Shown here one piece after another: positions 59,723 through 64,000 of a DNA stretch of 64,000 bases (its first letter is position 1; the number at the start of each line of letters is the position of its first letter). The stretch is from Mobula hypostoma (lineage: Eukaryota). The stretch spans positions 155,932,001 to 155,996,000 of the forward strand of contig NC_086097.1 of the NCBI RefSeq assembly GCF_963921235.1, read 5' to 3'. Both the position numbers and the translations under genes were made by a program. The notes under the pieces are model-generated. The model saw only the letters and a program-made list of their open reading frames with translations, was not told the origin of the DNA and ran no database searches.

Positions 59723-62518
59723 TCATACTCCCACCACTCTCAGTGTGAAGAAGCCCCCCCTAATGTTCCCTTTAAACTTTTCCCCCCTCATCCTTAACCC
59801 ATGTCCTCTGGTTTTTTTCTCCCCTTGCCTCAGTGGAAAAAGCCTGCTTGCATTCACTCTATCCATACCCATCATAATTTTATATACCTGTATCAAATCT
59901 CCCCTCATTCTTCTATGGTCCAGGGAATAAAGTCCTAATCTATTCAACCTTTCTCTGTAACTGAGTTTCTCAAGTCCCGGCAACATCCTGGTAAACCTTC
60001 TCTGCACTCTTTCAACCTTATTTATATCCTTCCTGTAATTTGGTGACCAAAACTGAACACAATACTCCAGATTCGACCTCACCAATGCCTTATACAACCT
60101 CATCATAACATTCCAGCTCTTATACTCAATACTTTGATTAATAAAGGCCAAGGTACCAAAAGCTCTCTTTACGACCCTATCTACCTGAGACGCCACTTTT
60201 AGGGAATCTTGTATCTGTATTCCCAGATCCCTCTGTTCCACTGCACTCCTCAGTGCCTTACCATTAACCCTGTATGTTCTACCTTGGTTTGTCCTTCCAA
60301 CGTGCAATACCTCACACTTGTCTGTATTAAACTCCATCTGCCATTTTTCAGCCCATTTTTCCAGCTGGTCCAAGTCCCTCTGAAGGCTCTGAAAACCCTC
60401 CTCACTGTCTACCACACCTCCAATCTTTGTATCATCAGCAAATTTGCTGATCCAATTTACCACATCATCATCCAGATCATTGATATAGATGACAAATAAC
60501 AATGGACCCAGCACTGATCCCTGTGGCACACCACTAGTCACAGGCCTCCACTCGGAGAAGCAATTCTCTACTACCACTCTTTGGCTTCTTCCATTGAGCC
60601 AATGTCTGATCCAATTTACCACCTCTGCATGTATACCTAGCGACTGCATTTTCCTAACTAACCTCCCATGCGGGACCTTGTCAAAGGGCTTACTGAAGTC
60701 CATGTAGACAATATCCACTGCCTTCCCTTCATCCACTTTCCTGGTAACCTCCTCGATAAACTCCAATCAAACATGACCTACCACGCACAAAGCCATGTTG
60801 ACTCTCCCTAATAAGCCCCTGTCTATCCAAATGCTTGTAGATTCTGTCTCTTAGTACTCCCTCCAATAACTTACCTACTACTGATATTAAACTTACCGGC
60901 CTATAATTTCCGGGATTACTTTTCGATCCTTTTTTAAACAACAGAACAACATGAGCCACTCTCCAATCCTCCGGCACCTCACCTGTAGACAGCGACATTT
61001 TAAATATTTCTGCCAGGGCCCCTGCAATTTCAATACTAGTCTCCTTCAAGGTCCGAGGGAACACCCTGTCAGGTCCCGGGGATTTATCCACTTTAATTTT
61101 CCTCAAGACAGCAAGCACCTCCTCCTTTTCAATCTGTACAGTTTCCATGATCTCACTACTTGTTTCCCTTAATTCCATAGACTTCATGCCAGTTTCCTTA
61201 GTAATACAGATGCAAAAAACCTATTTAAGATCTCCCCCATTTCCTCTGGTTCCGCATATAGCCGACCTCTCTGATCTTCAAGAGGACCAATTTTATCCCT
61301 TACAATCCTTTTGCTCTTAATATCCCTGTAAAAGCTCTTTGGATTATCCTTCACTTTGACTGCCAAGGCAACCTCATGTCTTCTTTTAGCCCTCCTGATT
61401 TCTTTCTTAAGTATTTTTTTGCACTTCTTATACTCCTCAAGCACCTTATTTACTCCCTGTTTCCTATACATGTCATACAACCCCCTCTTCTTCTTTATCA
61501 GAGTTACAATATCCCTTGAGAATCAAGGTTCCTTATTCCTATTCACTTTGCCTTTAATCCTGACAGGAACATACAAACTCTGCACTCTCAAAATTTCTCC
61601 TTTGACGGCTTCCCACCTACCGATCACATCTTTGCCAGAGAACAACCTGTCCCAATCCACGCTTTTTAGATCCTTTCTCATTTCTTCAAATTTGGCCTTC
61701 TTCCAGTTCAGAACCTCAAACCTAGGACCAGATCTATCCTTGTCCATGATCAGGTTGAAACTAATGGTGTTATGATCACTGGAACCAAAGTGCTCCCCTA
61801 CACAGACTTCCGTCACTTGCCCTAACTCGTTTCCTAACAGGAGATCCAATATTGCATCCCCTCTAGTTGGTCCCTCTATATATTGATTTAGAAAACCTTC
61901 TTGAACACATTTTACAAACTCTAAACCATCTAGACCCCTAACAGTATGGAAGTCCCAATCAAAATATGGAAAATTAAAATCCCCTACCACCACAACTTTA
62001 TGTTTCCTGCAGTTGCCTGTTATCTCTCTGCAGATTTGCTCTTCCAATTCTCGTTGACTATTGGGTGGTCTGTAATACAATCCCACTAATGTGGCCATAC
62101 CTTTCCTGTTTCTCAGCTCCACCCATAAGGACTCAGTAGACAAGCCCTCTAATCTGTCCTGCCTGAGCACTGCTGTACTATTTTCTCTAACAAGCAATGC
62201 TACTCCCCCATCTTTCATTCCTCTGCCTCGATCACATCTGAAACATCGGAACCCTGGGATATTAAGCTGCCAGTCCTGCCCCTCCTGTAGCCAAGTTTCA
62301 CTAATTGCTATAACGTCATAATTCCACGTGTCAATCCACGCCCTCAACTCATCCGCCTTCCCCGCAATACTCCTAGCATTGAAATATATACACCTCAGAA
62401 GATTTTTACCACCATTCACAACCTTTCTATTAGCGGATTTGCTTGAACTTTTAACATCATTTATTTTCACCTCAGCCACACTGTCAGCTCTGGCACTCTT
62501 GTCCCCATCCTCCTGCAA
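59723..62518 (-). pseudogene. CR1 ORF2 (APE plus RT) with three frameshifts and a premature stop
   Basis: YFNARS, ISETW, YYRPP, GDFN, SDHN, KSPGPD, GVPQGSVLGP and FADD distributed across four ORFs. Confidence 0.9.
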
Positions 62519-62520
62519 AT

Positions 62521-63483
62521 CTAGTTTAAAGCCTCCTCAATAGCACTAACAAACCTCTCTGAAAGGATATTGGTCCCCCTGTAGTTCAAGTGTAACCCGT
62601 CTCTCTTGTACAGGTCCCACCTACCCCAGAAGAGGTCCCAATGATCCTGAAATCTGAAACCCTGCCCCCTACACCTGTTCCTCAGCCACTTGTTCATCCT
62701 CCAGAGCATCCTATCCCTACCCTCACTGGCACGTAGCACAGGTAGCAATCCTGAGATTACCACCCTTGAGGTCCTGCTTTTCAACTTCCTACCAAGCTCT
62801 CTATACTCACTTTCCAGGACCTCCTCACTCTTTCTTGCTATGTCATTGGTACCGATGTGCACCATGACATCTGGCTGATCACCCTCCCACTTCAGAATGT
62901 CATGCAAGTGATCAAAGACATCCTCGACCCTGGCACCCGGGAGACAACAAACCATCCTGGATTCTCTGTCACGACCACAGAACCTCCTATCTGCACCTCT
63001 AACTATCGAGTCCTCTATCACTACCGCTCTCCTCTTTCTACCCCCTCCCTTCTGCACTGCAGAGCCAGACTCAGTGCCAGAGATCCAGCTACTGCAGTTA
63101 GTCCCAGGTAAGTCATCCCCCACAACAGTATCCAATGCAGTATACTTGTTGTTGAGGGGAATGGCCACAGGGGAACCCTGCTCTGCCTGCCCTTTCCTCT
63201 TCCCTCGCCTGACAGTGACCCAATTTCCTGTCCTCTGCTCCTTTGGCGTAACTACCTCCCTGTAGCTACGACCTATAATCTCCTCATTCTCCCGAATGAT
63301 CCGCAGGTCATCCAGCTCCTGCTCCAGTTCCCTAACGCGGTTTGTCAGGAGCTGCAGCTGGATGCACTTCTTGCAGGTGTCGTTGTCAGGGACACCGGAG
63401 GGCTCCCTGACTTCCCACGTCCTGCAAGAGGAGCATTCCAACATCCTGCCTGACATTCTCTCTACTCTAAACAATCTGAACAA
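62521..63483 (-). CDS. CR1 ORF1p: Zn-finger, coiled coil and SGNH/GDSL esterase
   Basis: CSSC..CKKC, coiled coil LQLLTNRVRELEQELDDL, and blocks I(E)DSIVR, CLPGA, HIGTND, DGLHLN. Confidence 0.88.
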   Translation of the reverse strand: MFRLFRVERMSGRMLECSSCRTWEVREPSGVPDNDTCKKCIQLQLLTNRVRELEQELDDLRIIRENEEIIGRSYREVVTPKEQRTGNWVTVRRGKRKGQAEQGSPVAIPLNNKYTALDTVVGDDLPGTNCSSWISGTESGSAVQKGGGRKRRAVVIEDSIVRGADRRFCGRDRESRMVCCLPGARVEDVFDHLHDILKWEGDQPDVMVHIGTNDIARKSEEVLESEYRELGRKLKSRTSRVVISGLLPVLRASEGRDRMLWRMNKWLRNRCRGQGFRFQDHWDLFWGRWDLYKRDGLHLNYRGTNILSERFVSAIEEALN

Positions 63484-63556
63484 AAAACTTACCGGAACCT
63501 ACCCTGGCCTCTGCCTGTTCTCGCCGAAGCCTGTTGAACCAAAGCCGTCCCACTCT

Positions 63557-64000
63557 GATGAAAACAGACAGGATCTCCCAGTAGCCACCCACTTCAACTC
63601 TGCCTCCCACTCCCATTCAGATATGTCCATACATGGCCTCCTCTACTGCCATGATGAGGCTAAACTCAGATTGGAGAAGAAACACCTCATATACCATCTA
63701 GGTAGTCTCCAGCCCCTTGGTATGAACATAGAATTCTCCAACTTCCGGTAATTCCCTCCCCCTCCCTTCCCCTATCCCTATGTCACCCTGCCCCCTCCCC
63801 CAGTTGCCTATCACCTCCCTCATGGTTCCGCCTCCTTCTACTACCCATTGTGTTTTCCCCTATTCTTTCTTCACCTTTCCTTCCTATCACCTCCCTGCCT
63901 CCCCTTCCCCCACCCCTTTATCTTTCCCCTTACTGGTTTTTCACTTGGAACCTACCAGCCTTCTCCTTCCCACCCTTTCCCCACCTTCTATATAGGGCCT
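63557..64000 (+). mobile_element. PLE fragment (GIY-YIG C-terminus plus pyrimidine-rich UTR), running off the window
   Basis: QDLPVATHFNSASHSHSDMSIHGLLYCHDEAKLRLEKKHLIYHLGSLQPLGMNIEFSNFR. Confidence 0.85.

Larger units (their letters stand above)
59524..63556 (-). mobile_element. Near full-length CR1 LINE (ORF1 open, ORF2 frameshifted)
   Basis: ORF1 at 62521-63483. ORF2 pieces 61523-62518, 61184-61480, 60729-61187 and 59723-60766. (TTTCTATG)-type tail. Confidence 0.95.

Noticed and set aside
1..64000. CRISPR arrays, prokaryotic operons, rRNA or tRNA genes
   Set aside because: No regularly spaced repeat-spacer structure or gene-dense organisation. The only tRNA-like signals are a SINE B-box and LTR primer-binding sites.

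Overview
Eukaryotic, CpG-depleted, repeat-saturated DNA with no host-gene exon that I can support, so probably intronic or intergenic. The repertoire points to a cartilaginous fish, probably a ray (inference from the repeat families). It comprises several CR1 LINEs, Rex1/Babar-type LINEs, Penelope-like elements (PLEs) with GIY-YIG remnants, three decayed Gypsy elements, a BEL/Pao relic, R4/Dong-like RLE LINEs, V-SINE and DeuSINE-like SINEs, and Harbinger, hAT and TcMar non-autonomous DNA elements. Four things stand out. (1) About ten PLE termini carry decayed copies of a minimal hammerhead ribozyme, consensus CAGTC-CTGATGA-AGGGTCTCGGCCC-GAAA-CGTC-GACTG. (2) Three independent ~190-230 bp non-coding fold-back 'mini-Penelope' insertions have 13-15 bp TSDs and turn at or next to that ribozyme. 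(3) There are two four-level TE nests: PLE>Gypsy>Harbinger>mini-PLE, with all four TSDs readable, and chromovirus>Rex1>R4>CR1. (4) Tandem R4-like elements sit in an (AAT)n tract. Family assignments come from motif recognition by eye, without database searches; boundaries of decayed elements are approximate.
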